DNA of 26,144 bases from an archaeon (GTDB lineage Archaea > Iainarchaeota > Iainarchaeia > Iainarchaeales > Iainarchaeaceae). The stretch's first letter is position 1; every line of letters begins with the position of its first letter. Positions 17,499 through 25,738 of this stretch are shown here, one piece after another. The notes under the pieces are model-generated. The model saw only the letters and a list, made by a program, of their open reading frames with translations, was not told the origin of the DNA and searched no databases. The DNA is taken from the NCBI GenBank assembly GCA_035289485.1, contig DATDXA010000013.1:1-26144 (forward strand). The letters run 5' to 3'. The position numbers and the translations under genes are program-made.

Positions 17499-18287
17499 TT
17501 AGGCCGCATCCGTGAAATATTTAATCAAAACAATGTTGTAGTACGCGGTTGAAAACGCGGAGCCCAGAACAAGCGCAATGATTGCTATTTCATCAACCGC
17601 TGTTGCATCAGATGCAAGCGAGAAAACTAGATTGATTGCCCCGCTAACAATTCCCACCGCCACAAAAAGCGCGATTACGCTCAGGAGCCGTTTTCCAGTC
17701 CACTTCCAGCTCTCTGCAAGCGCGGACTTGATGTTCTTTCTTTCAATTGCCATGAAAAGCGGCGTGAACGCGAACTTGAAGAATGAATAAATTCCGAAAA
17801 CAAGCCATGCAAGGAAGAGGATGAATGCAATTATGCCGATGTCCCCTAATGAAACCGTGCCGATGAAGAGCAGGAACGCAACGGTTGTGTATAGAAAAAA
17901 TCCGATGAATGTTGAAATCGTAAGGCCAAAAATTTCCGGCGCGCGCTTTGCCTGTGCAAGGACTTGGCTTAACACTCCGCGCCCTTTTTTCCCAACCAGA
18001 TCTGCGTATGTGTACAAAAGCCAGAGTGAAATGAAAAATGTCACGAATGCTGCCGCTGCCATTACAATCACATCCTGCCAGTATGCCGTGAAGAGGTAAT
18101 ATGGGAGCTCTGCGATGCTCACATCTGGCACTTCTCCTAGGAGGAAAACTCCAAAGAAGAAATTGAAATAATTGTCAATCGTGAAGAGCAGTACCAGGAC
18201 GTTTAGTGCCATCGCAATAAGCGCAGGAACGAAAAGAAGCGGCCTTTTTGCGAGTTCAATAAAGCCTGCGGCGAGTGCGCCAATCAT
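17499..18287 (-). CDS. Polytopic membrane protein of unknown function
   Basis: About 6 TM segments; ERKNIKSALAESWKWT motif resembling the 1792-2745 product. Confidence 0.8.
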   Translation of the reverse strand: MIGALAAGFIELAKRPLLFVPALIAMALNVLVLLFTIDNYFNFFFGVFLLGEVPDVSIAELPYYLFTAYWQDVIVMAAAAFVTFFISLWLLYTYADLVGKKGRGVLSQVLAQAKRAPEIFGLTISTFIGFFLYTTVAFLLFIGTVSLGDIGIIAFILFLAWLVFGIYSFFKFAFTPLFMAIERKNIKSALAESWKWTGKRLLSVIALFVAVGIVSGAINLVFSLASDATAVDEIAIIALVLGSAFSTAYYNIVLIKYFTDAA

Positions 18288-18381
18288 GGTAATGAAGACG
18301 CGATTTGTCTATTTAAGGGTTTGTGGGTCATACCGGTGCAAATTTAAAAGCCGGAAACCTAATCTATTTCAGGTATTTTTT

Positions 18382-18735
18382 ATGCCATCTTTGCCGTTTA
18401 ACAACAGGCCGCCAATGAAAGAACTCCACAGTGTTCCTGAATATGGCAGCATAGATTTCAAAGTTGCTGCTGAACGAGACGAAATTTCCAAATTCTTAGG
18501 GCGTTTTGCTGCCAAAGAATTGAAGGTTCTTGCAAGGGTATATGGCGAAAAACGATTTAATTATGTGCTTGCATGGGCATGGCAAAAGCCTGAACGCAGA
18601 GCCGATGCGGCTACCTTTATTTCACATGTAAAGCGGGAATTAACGCGCCTTAAGCCTGCAAAAAAGCGGGGCTTTAAACCAAGCGCTGTGCGCATTAGCA
18701 GGCTCGGTATCGCCAATAGGTCTAGGAAAGGATAA
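18382..18735 (+). CDS. Hypothetical basic protein (117 aa)
   Basis: In-frame ATG at 18382 within the 18172-18735 ORF, downstream of TTTAAAA; does not overlap neighbours; Arg/Lys-rich C-terminus. Confidence 0.65.
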   Translation: MPSLPFNNRPPMKELHSVPEYGSIDFKVAAERDEISKFLGRFAAKELKVLARVYGEKRFNYVLAWAWQKPERRADAATFISHVKRELTRLKPAKKRGFKPSAVRISRLGIANRSRKG

Positions 18736-18817
18736 CACTTTCCGGCAATCCTTTTTAAACCTTCTCAAAGCCTATTTTATTAGCAGAAAAAGTCTACACT
18801 CTTTTTGCGGTTTTTTT

Positions 18818-19105
18818 ATGCATATCCCAAAGGAACAGAGCATGTATTGCCCAAAGTGCAAGACGCACACCGAGCATAAGCTAAAGCAGTTTAAAGCCGG
18901 CCAAGCAAGGGCTCTTTCAATAGGAACAAGGGGAAACGTCCGAAAGCACAAGATGGGGTATGGCGGAAAGGCAAAATTCACGGCAACGGTAAAGAAGCAA
19001 ACCAAAAAGCCGACCTTTATTGCAGAATGTGTTGTTTGCAAAATGAAAGTTTACAAGGTCATTCCAAAGAGGATGAAGAAAGCGGAAATTATGGCCGCGG
19101 CGTAA
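18818..19105 (+). CDS. rpl44e: 50S ribosomal protein L44e (eL42)
   Basis: YCPKCKTHTEH, GYGG, KQTKK, CVVC zinc ribbon. Confidence 0.96.
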   Translation: MHIPKEQSMYCPKCKTHTEHKLKQFKAGQARALSIGTRGNVRKHKMGYGGKAKFTATVKKQTKKPTFIAECVVCKMKVYKVIPKRMKKAEIMAAA

Positions 19106-19188
19106 TTCTAAATAATCTACTTCCTGAATTACTCCAGTTTCAAATTCGGTGCTCAGCAAAGCCCGTGAAAGGTTTTTTATAGTAATTG

Positions 19189-19205
19189 ATGCATAGATAG
19201 TGCAT
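19189..19205. promoter_or_regulatory. Candidate antitoxin operator
   Basis: ATGCA-TAGATAG-TGCAT between a TTTTTATA box and the GGAGGT SD. Confidence 0.45.
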
Positions 19206-19221
19206 ATTGGGAGGTATTTGG

Positions 19222-19476
19222 ATGAGAACTACTTTGGAGTTTGAAGGCATTCCCGAAGTGATTTTGGACAAGGCGGTTGAACTAGGCCTTGCAAGGTCAA
19301 AAACAGAAGCCATAAGGATGGGCATTTTCGCCCTCAACAAGGAATACAACCTTGTAAAAGATCTTGAGTTGGAGCTGGTGGGGAGGAAAATAGCCAAGGA
19401 AAAGGCTGAAATGGAAAGGAAAGGGCAAAAATATTTGAGCGAAGATGAAGTGAAGAAAAAATATGGCTTCAAGTGA
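19222..19476 (+). CDS. Ribbon-helix-helix-type antitoxin
   Basis: MRTTLEF...VELGLARSKTEAIRMGI; C-terminal YLSEDEVKKKYG; GGAGGT SD before ATG 19222; upstream of a RelE-like gene. Confidence 0.78.
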   Translation: MRTTLEFEGIPEVILDKAVELGLARSKTEAIRMGIFALNKEYNLVKDLELELVGRKIAKEKAEMERKGQKYLSEDEVKKKYGFK

Positions 19477-19481
19477 ATTGA

Positions 19482-19745
19482 ATGTACGCGCTCGAATACA
19501 AACCGGAGTGGGATCGGCACTTCTCAAAAATGGACCACTTGGTTAAGCTGCAAATCTGGAAAAAAATACAAAAGCAGAAAGAGGAGACGCAAACCCGGCA
19601 TATGGGCTTCGGGCTTGAATATTATGTTGTTGAATCAGGGCAGTATCGCATTGCCCTGGCCATAGATGAAAAAGCAAAAACGAAGGCGATTTGGTTTGTG
19701 GGCGACCACAAGCAATATGAAAAATGGTACAAAGAGGAGGCGTGA
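19482..19745 (+). CDS. RelE/ParE-family toxin
   Basis: MYALEY...FSKMD...QIWKKI, GQYRI, FVGDHKQYEKWY. Confidence 0.8.
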   Translation: MYALEYKPEWDRHFSKMDHLVKLQIWKKIQKQKEETQTRHMGFGLEYYVVESGQYRIALAIDEKAKTKAIWFVGDHKQYEKWYKEEA

Positions 19746-19816
19746 ACCTAACTCTCATTATTGTCCAGCCTCCACATTAACATTCCTTTAAATTCCTTTT
19801 ACCTGTTAATTAATTG

Positions 19817-20638
19817 ATGACAACAAAAAATGCAATTTTGCTAATTGTTAAGCAAAACCCTGGGATTGATTACAATTCCCTGCTCACAAAATTCGCTTCT
19901 TCTTATTCAAATGCAAATTCCGCGCGTGCCGCTCTCTCGCGCTCCCTAAAAGATCTCACCACCTTTAGCCTTCTTGTAAAAAAGGAGAACAAATATTTTC
20001 TAATGGAAAAGGGCGAAGGGGAGATTTATTCGGAAATTAAAAACAAGCTCGTGCTCGCGCTCAATTCCCTTATGAACACCAAGCGCCCTGTTGATGAAAT
20101 TGATTCGGTTGTTGAGAAGCTCCAGATTTTAATAGAGCGCTCAAGGCAGGACCGCGACCTTTTGAAAACCTCGAAAAGCTCCCTCGATTTTTCCATTTCA
20201 GAGCTCCAAACAGTTGCGGGCGACCTTGAGAAGAAAACAAAGCACCTTGAATATATTTCCAAGGTTTTTTCAGAGCAAATAAATTCGCTTAAAGATATGG
20301 GCTTTAATGATTCTTTCAGCCGTGAATTCAGCCGCGATTCGCTTTCAAAGCTTGCCTCAATTTTTTCATCCCAGCCCGAAAACGAATTCATGTTCGAATC
20401 GCAAAACGTGGTGTTCCTAGAATCCCTTGCAGAGCACGCCAGTTCAAAGCCCAAGAACAATTCGCTTCTTGTGCAAAAGGATTCCCTCAAGGCTGTGCTT
20501 GAATTTGTCGAATCCGGAAAGCCAGAATTCTCTATTCAGCCGCTTAACATCTTCTCCTCTGTTTTGAAGGCGGAGCTGCTGCGTGAAAAAATAACGCTAT
20601 CGGGGCCATACAGCGAGGTTTCGAAATGGAAAGAATGA
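19817..20638 (+). CDS. Hypothetical protein with an N-terminal winged-helix domain and a central coiled coil
   Basis: ILLIVKQNPGIDYNSL...LSRSLKDL...LLVKKENKYFLMEKG is wHTH-like; CCTTTAAATT about 25 nt upstream. Confidence 0.7.
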   Translation: MTTKNAILLIVKQNPGIDYNSLLTKFASSYSNANSARAALSRSLKDLTTFSLLVKKENKYFLMEKGEGEIYSEIKNKLVLALNSLMNTKRPVDEIDSVVEKLQILIERSRQDRDLLKTSKSSLDFSISELQTVAGDLEKKTKHLEYISKVFSEQINSLKDMGFNDSFSREFSRDSLSKLASIFSSQPENEFMFESQNVVFLESLAEHASSKPKNNSLLVQKDSLKAVLEFVESGKPEFSIQPLNIFSSVLKAELLREKITLSGPYSEVSKWKE

Positions 20639-20659
20639 ATCTGGAATCGGGGTATTTCC

Positions 20660-21253
20660 ATGATTAAATCAATTGTTTTCGATTTCAACGGCGTTTTTGC
20701 AAAAGCCATTGAGCTGCGCCTAGTGGATCGCATATGTGCCATTAAAGGCTTTGGCAAATGGATTGCGCTCTCAAATTATTACCTCAACATCGCGCAGTTC
20801 GAGCTTGGCTTTTTTTCCCCGCAGGATTTCTGGAAAAAGATTTTTCCGTCTATTTCACGGGAGGAATACCTTGCCTATGTTGAAGGCGAGTATGAGAGGC
20901 GCTTTCCCCGCAACGAGGAGCTTTACACAATTTGTGCAGGGCTTTCAAAAAAATATGCGCTCTACTGCATTTCAAATTCCAATTTTCTGCAGGGAAAAGC
21001 CATGCGAAAACAAAAGCTTTATTCGCCTTTTCGGGAAGTTTTCCTCTCGCATGAAACGGGGAAGATAAAGCCATTTCCTGATGCATACCTGAATTTTCTT
21101 GAAAAAACCGGCCTGAAGGCGAACGAATGCATCTACGTTGACGATTCTTTGCGCAATGTGCTTCCTGCAATGGCGCTTGGCTTTGCGGGGATTAAATTTG
21201 AAAACAACGAGCAGCTCAAGGCCAAGTTCAAAGAGCTTGGAATTTCATTCTGA
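20660..21253 (+). CDS. HAD-superfamily hydrolase (subfamily IA, YihX-like)
   Basis: IVFDFNGV, CISNS, KPFPDAY, YVDDSLRNV. Confidence 0.9.
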   Translation: MIKSIVFDFNGVFAKAIELRLVDRICAIKGFGKWIALSNYYLNIAQFELGFFSPQDFWKKIFPSISREEYLAYVEGEYERRFPRNEELYTICAGLSKKYALYCISNSNFLQGKAMRKQKLYSPFREVFLSHETGKIKPFPDAYLNFLEKTGLKANECIYVDDSLRNVLPAMALGFAGIKFENNEQLKAKFKELGISF

Positions 21254-21288
21254 TTATTTCAATATTTTTTTCGGCAAGCGCTGCTAAC

Positions 21289-21855
21289 TTATTTCCTGTT
21301 TGTGCGCAGCATGAAAATCACCGATAACGCAATCAAAACAACAAAGATTGGGTGCACTTCGGGCACCTCAGTTGATTTTTTTTTCACAATGAAATATGTG
21401 GTGGCACGGTTGTCAAATGTGTAATTTATATCCGACGAAACAGTATACCATCCGCATGGGTTGGAAACGCTTGTCACAATTGCATTAACTGCGTAAGTTC
21501 CTGGTTGGAGTTCACTAACATTTATTGTTTTAGTGCCAGTTCCCCACGGGTCTGGGTTTGGCGGTTGATTCAACGGGACTGCTGAAGCCAGCGGAATAGG
21601 GGTTGGCGTAGTTTCAGAACCGAGTCTTATTCTTGACAAATCAACAGTTTCGCTTGACATGCACACATTGTTCATGGCTCGCCCTGTTACTGTAACGGTA
21701 ACTTGGCTATCAACGCCTATGGTGTATTCGTCCTTGTCGGTTATTACTGAAACACTAAATAGGTTACAATCAGTACAATTCTGGGATGCAAAAGCAGCCG
21801 GTATTATCAACACAAAAATTAGCAACGCCGCGAGTAATAATCCATTCAAGTTCAT
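21289..21855 (-). CDS. Secreted beta-rich surface protein with a C-terminal VPE-TM-basic anchor
   Basis: Signal peptide ending AAFA; TDKDEYTIG and LQPGTYAVNA (Ig-like); C-terminal VPEVHPIFVVLIALSVIFMLRTNRK. Confidence 0.8.
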   Translation of the reverse strand: MNLNGLLLAALLIFVLIIPAAFASQNCTDCNLFSVSVITDKDEYTIGVDSQVTVTVTGRAMNNVCMSSETVDLSRIRLGSETTPTPIPLASAVPLNQPPNPDPWGTGTKTINVSELQPGTYAVNAIVTSVSNPCGWYTVSSDINYTFDNRATTYFIVKKKSTEVPEVHPIFVVLIALSVIFMLRTNRK

Positions 21856-21916
21856 GCTCTACAATACTCTTTTTACCTTAATAAAGATTCGTGGGCGTAA
21901 AAGTAAAAGGCATTAT

Positions 21917-21996
21917 ATGCCCTCAAAAGAGGGCATGACATCCGCCCACTTCCGACCGATAGGTCCCCGCAGGGGAGGGGCTTCTCGGACGCGGAG
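21917..21996. mobile_element. Structured intergenic element resembling an orphan IS200/IS605-family end
   Basis: Minus strand reads GAAGCCCC...GGAAGTGGGCGGATGTCAT, followed by the hairpin ATGCCCTC-TTTT-GAGGGCAT; no tnpA or tnpB nearby. Confidence 0.45.
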
Positions 21997-22098
21997 GACG
22001 TAAGATACTACAATGAGTTCAAATCTGCGTTTTTATAGAAATGATAGAGCAAAGCTCATTTAAACGCCGCCCGTTAGCACTATTTGCTGCTCCAGTTT

Positions 22099-23280
22099 TT
22101 ACAACATCCCAATTGCAAACAGAGGTATTTTGTTTTCGCTTGTATCGAGCGTGTCGGTGACTATTATGTCGGCGCCTTGCTTGTTGCCTTTATTTTTTCC
22201 GCCTATTTCAAATGTCATGCCTTCATATTTGAAGTCAGGTGTTGGGCTGCCGCTTGTGCGGAAGTAGCAGCAGTCAATGTGGTTTACAAAGAATTCTTCC
22301 CTTAATGCGCCTATGTCGGGCTGTTTTCCAAGTGAAGTGCAAAGGGCGTGCCTGTAGGGGAATGGCAGGTAGTATTTTGCTTCCTTTCTGTGCTTTTTGG
22401 ATGCGGCTCCGCACGAATATACTTTCTTTATGGCTTCTGTTTTTTCAACATTGTAGAGGAACCTCATCACCCATACCTTGTTTTTTCCTACGGTTTCCCC
22501 TATTTTGGAATAGCTCAGTTCCAAGGGCTTTGAGGTTGCTATGATTTGGAGCAGCTTGAAAAAGTTCTCCTCGGTATCTTTGCCAATGCCTTTTGCGGTC
22601 GGCAAATCTTTGGCCGAAATTGTTTCTATTGTGGATGTGACCGTCTTGTAAAAATAGGTTTTTGCGCCATATAGCACCCCGCCGGTTGAATAGTATTCTT
22701 CCATGTGTTTGTTTATGTGGCCATATTCCTTTGCTATTTGTGCCTTGTTCTTGAGCAACTCCTTTAGGGTGAGCTTTGGAACCTCTATCCCCTTTTTGAT
22801 TGTGAGCCATTCCCTAAAGCCTGCGGGCCTTAGATGCTCAATCACTACCCTTCTTGAGAGGTCTGCCTTGAGGGTTTTGAGCTGTATTGCTGAGGAGCCT
22901 GAGAATGCTATGCTTGAAAGTTTTTCGTCAAAAATCGTTTTCAAGTCCCCGTCCCATTTTGCCTTTGCGTGTATTTCGTCAACAAAAAGTTTCTTATGTC
23001 CGGCTTCGGAGAGTGCTTTTACAATGTCATACAGGTCTACGCCGCGCAGTTCCCTGTCATCTGCCGAAAAGTAAACCCCTCTGGTCTCCTTGGCGAGTTG
23101 CAGGAGGAGCACTGTTTTGCCTATCCCGCGCAGGCCGGTTATTCCAAGGAAGTACTCGTTTTCCTTCACTACCTTGAGCAAGTTCTCATATGCGAACCTT
23201 TTCTTCTCGATTTTATCAATCCTTTGCATGCCTTCTGAATTTGCTTCAAGGACACGGCTCACAATCTTCTCTTTTTCCAT
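22099..23280 (-). CDS. AAA_14/DUF4143-type ATPase with a C-terminal PD-(D/E)xK-like module
   Basis: Walker A GLRGIGKT, Walker B LFVDEIH, FSGSS, DLSRR; HTH-like LSYSKIGETVGKNKVWV; TPDF...TFEIGGK. Confidence 0.88.
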   Translation of the reverse strand: MEKEKIVSRVLEANSEGMQRIDKIEKKRFAYENLLKVVKENEYFLGITGLRGIGKTVLLLQLAKETRGVYFSADDRELRGVDLYDIVKALSEAGHKKLFVDEIHAKAKWDGDLKTIFDEKLSSIAFSGSSAIQLKTLKADLSRRVVIEHLRPAGFREWLTIKKGIEVPKLTLKELLKNKAQIAKEYGHINKHMEEYYSTGGVLYGAKTYFYKTVTSTIETISAKDLPTAKGIGKDTEENFFKLLQIIATSKPLELSYSKIGETVGKNKVWVMRFLYNVEKTEAIKKVYSCGAASKKHRKEAKYYLPFPYRHALCTSLGKQPDIGALREEFFVNHIDCCYFRTSGSPTPDFKYEGMTFEIGGKNKGNKQGADIIVTDTLDTSENKIPLFAIGML

Positions 23281-23310
23281 GCATTAATGGTGCAAGCAAC
23301 AGTTTAAAAA

Positions 23311-23361
23311 TCGTTACATTTTTGTAACGAAAATGGCTTAGTTCGTTACACTTTTGTAACG
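23311..23361. promoter_or_regulatory. Tandem palindromic operators upstream of the ATPase
   Basis: TCGTTACA-TTTT-TGTAACGA (23311-23330) and TCGTTACA-CTTT-TGTAACG (23343-23361), abutting the minus-strand TTTTTAAA box at 23303-23310. Confidence 0.75.
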
Positions 23362-23460
23362 CTTGTATCTATTAAATGGATAATATATAAAACTGGCGAA
23401 TATATGCCTTTTATTGTCAAAATCATTATCATTATGGGCTGGAGAAGTTATGGCTCATCT

Positions 23461-24072
23461 TCAGCCAAATCGTCTCGTCAAAGTTGTCTTGAAGCCTCCA
23501 AGCCTCAACTTTGCCGCAGTAACTCCGGCACAGCCGGCGTGTGGCCCTCCAAATCCCTTCTGCATTGCCTTGAGAGACGAATAACTGCTGCTGTAATTGC
23601 GTGCACCCTGAGAAACATCTTCCGGAGTCAGTTTTCGGATTGCCCTTCTTCTGAGGTTTCGTCCTTCTTGCCATTTCATTTCTCCAAGTTCTCTTTGATT
23701 TCCTTCAAAAAACTTCATCCCTCCGACAATCACGTGTTTATCTTTTATGCCGAGACGATTTAGAAGTTTGAAGAAGTTGCTCCATCTCATGAGGGGTGTT
23801 GGGTCATGCACCGAAAATGCGGGCAGCCAGTAGGCCCGGTCCAGAAGGTGCGTGTTCTTTTCTACTGCACTTGCAAGGCTGGCGAGGTTCTCTTTGCCTT
23901 CAAGGAAAAAGAAAACATAGTTTTCATTGGCCTTGTGTGCCAAAAATTTTTCCAGATTAGAATTGCCACCCGAAAAAAACGGGTGAACAAGCACCATGAG
24001 CTTCTTTGGAGCGAGTGACTCTTTAAGTTTTGCAAATTCCGCATCGCCAAGCAAATCCAGTCTAGGGAGCAT
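23461..24072 (-). CDS. Hypothetical protein, possibly a divergent cysteine-hydrolase (isochorismatase-like) fold
   Basis: 203 aa; LMVLVHPFF, LGIKDKHVIVGG and GCAGVTAAKLRLGGFKTTL. Confidence 0.65.
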   Translation of the reverse strand: MLPRLDLLGDAEFAKLKESLAPKKLMVLVHPFFSGGNSNLEKFLAHKANENYVFFFLEGKENLASLASAVEKNTHLLDRAYWLPAFSVHDPTPLMRWSNFFKLLNRLGIKDKHVIVGGMKFFEGNQRELGEMKWQEGRNLRRRAIRKLTPEDVSQGARNYSSSYSSLKAMQKGFGGPHAGCAGVTAAKLRLGGFKTTLTRRFG

Positions 24073-24182
24073 ATTAGCTAATCAGCTTCCGAAAATAAAA
24101 GCGTTTGCTGGCAGATTAATGTGCGGTTGTATGCAGTCTTGACTTGCAAACAACCTTTTCTGATTTGAACCAGTTGTAGTAT

Positions 24183-24267
24183 CGCAGAGGGAGGGATTCG
24201 AACCCTCGTATCCTTTCGGATCCAGCTCTCGAGGCTGGTGTGTTTGACCGGGCTCCACCACCTCTGC
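24183..24267 (-). tRNA. tRNA-Ser(CGA), intronless, CCA not encoded
   Basis: Acceptor GCAGAGG/CCTCTGC plus discriminator G; anticodon arm CCAGC-CTCGAGA-GCTGG; long variable arm ATCC-GAAA-GGAT; T-arm GAGGG-TTCGAAT-CCCTC. Confidence 0.97.
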
Positions 24268-24409
24268 TTCAACCTTTTTCTTTCTCTTTGCAAGAGAAAG
24301 AAAAACGTTCACGAAAAAGAAAGAGAAAACATCCTGATTGAATCAGCCCTAAATACCGTTAAAAATGTTGGCAAATGGATGAAAAAAAGAAAATTAGGAA
24401 AACGCCAGT

Positions 24410-25093
24410 TTATGGCGTTTCCTTGAATACCTGTCCGAGCAGGGTGTAGCTTGTTACATTCGTTAGGAAACTGAGTATTCCAGCTGCAAGGAATGCTCCC
24501 AATACCGGTATTATCGAGAGAATTGCTGCAAGAATTCCCAAAACGAATGCGTATACTATGTACACTACCAGCGTTACAAGGTATGTCACTGTCAGCACTT
24601 TCTTGAGGATTGCGCCGAACTTGAATGCAGCTCCAAGAGAACCTTCCTTTATGTAGAAGAATATTCCCATTGAAGCCATTACTCCGCCAGCAACAGCGAG
24701 TACCAGGCCAAGCAGTGCGAATATTCCGCCAGTTCCTAATCCACCGAGTACTGCGGCGCTAAGTGCCTGTGAATTTCCTGCGGCGAGTGCGCCGAGTGCT
24801 CCGCCAGCCCCTACTATAAAGCCTGCGAGTGCTATTGCGAACAAAATGAGTGCCGGTATCATGTATACTAGTGTTATGATTAGCACGAACACTATGTCCT
24901 TTATGTATGTGACAATCTGGTTTGGGTCCCAAGCGGGCAGCTTATTGTCGCCCTTTATTGTGGCCCTTCCCACACCGACTGCGAATCCAAGATTCAGAAG
25001 GCTTATGACCGGAATCATTCCTAAGATTATTCCGATTATCAGCGTCTGTATGTCCTGGGTAGGTTTCTTAATCGCTCCAATATAATCTACCAT
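24410..25093 (-). CDS. DUF4013-like membrane protein
   Basis: AIKKP, IPVISLL..GF, KLPAW, GSLGAAFKF pattern; 4-5 TM segments; GGAGGTG SD. Confidence 0.8.
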   Translation of the reverse strand: MVDYIGAIKKPTQDIQTLIIGIILGMIPVISLLNLGFAVGVGRATIKGDNKLPAWDPNQIVTYIKDIVFVLIITLVYMIPALILFAIALAGFIVGAGGALGALAAGNSQALSAAVLGGLGTGGIFALLGLVLAVAGGVMASMGIFFYIKEGSLGAAFKFGAILKKVLTVTYLVTLVVYIVYAFVLGILAAILSIIPVLGAFLAAGILSFLTNVTSYTLLGQVFKETP

Positions 25094-25345
25094 TAATCCA
25101 CACCTCCAAAATTTCTTAATGGTTGAACCATTACTACAAATTTTTTCTTATAAACCTATCGTCATTGACCAAAACGCCTTTCGGCTGCCAATTCGGGTTT
25201 CTTTGGGGGTCAGCTCTGAACTTTTATTGGTTTTTTTGCTTTGAAAAACTCGGCTATTTCCTGCAAACGACGTAATAATCTTCGTCTTTAACCACAACCT
25301 TAATATACCGGATTTGTTAATCTGGCTCCAGGAGGTGCTACAAAA

Positions 25346-25720
25346 ATGGCATCACAACAACAAATGGGGAGTTATGCGTTCCTAGTCGGTGTCGCTATTG
25401 CGATAATCGTGGGCGCACTCTCGGCAGCAGGCCAGGCAAGCATGCTTGGGGCGGCAGCCGCATGGGTACCACTTGTACTTATCATTCTAGGTATAGTGGT
25501 AGGATTTCTCAACGTCAAGGATAAGGAAACAGACAAGTTCCTTATTGCCTCACTCGCCCTGCTCGCGGCTCCGGCTGCGGTACAGTGGCTCAACCTGATT
25601 CCTGGAGCGGGAATATACCTCTCCAGTATAGTCGGGAATGTGGCAGTGTTCGTCGCTCCGGCGGCGCTCATTGTGGCGTTGAAATCTATCCACGCCCTTG
25701 CCTCAGAGCAAGTGAATTAA
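25346..25720 (+). CDS. Small 4-TM membrane protein of unknown function
   Basis: GSYAFLVG...LGIVVGFLNVKDKETDKFLIA...VFVAPAALIVALK; strong SD GGAGGTG; own TATA-like box and terminator. Confidence 0.85.
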   Translation: MASQQQMGSYAFLVGVAIAIIVGALSAAGQASMLGAAAAWVPLVLIILGIVVGFLNVKDKETDKFLIASLALLAAPAAVQWLNLIPGAGIYLSSIVGNVAVFVAPAALIVALKSIHALASEQVN

Positions 25721-25738
25721 ACGCACAATCAAACACCC

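Noticed and set aside
21891..22000. SRP RNA, RNase P RNA or a self-cleaving ribozyme
   Set aside because: Too short for SRP or RNase P RNA, and I could not find their conserved motifs or a hammerhead/HDV core.
23311..23361. CRISPR mini-array
   Set aside because: Only two ~20-bp palindromes 12 bp apart, with no spacer-sized gap and no cas genes; fits operators.
21289..24267. Integrated element at the tRNA-Ser 3' end
   Set aside because: The genes look accessory, but I found no integrase and no duplicated tRNA 3' end (att site).
24078..24426. Short ORFs overlapping the tRNA
   Set aside because: Explained by the tRNA-Ser gene and its A/T-rich flanks.
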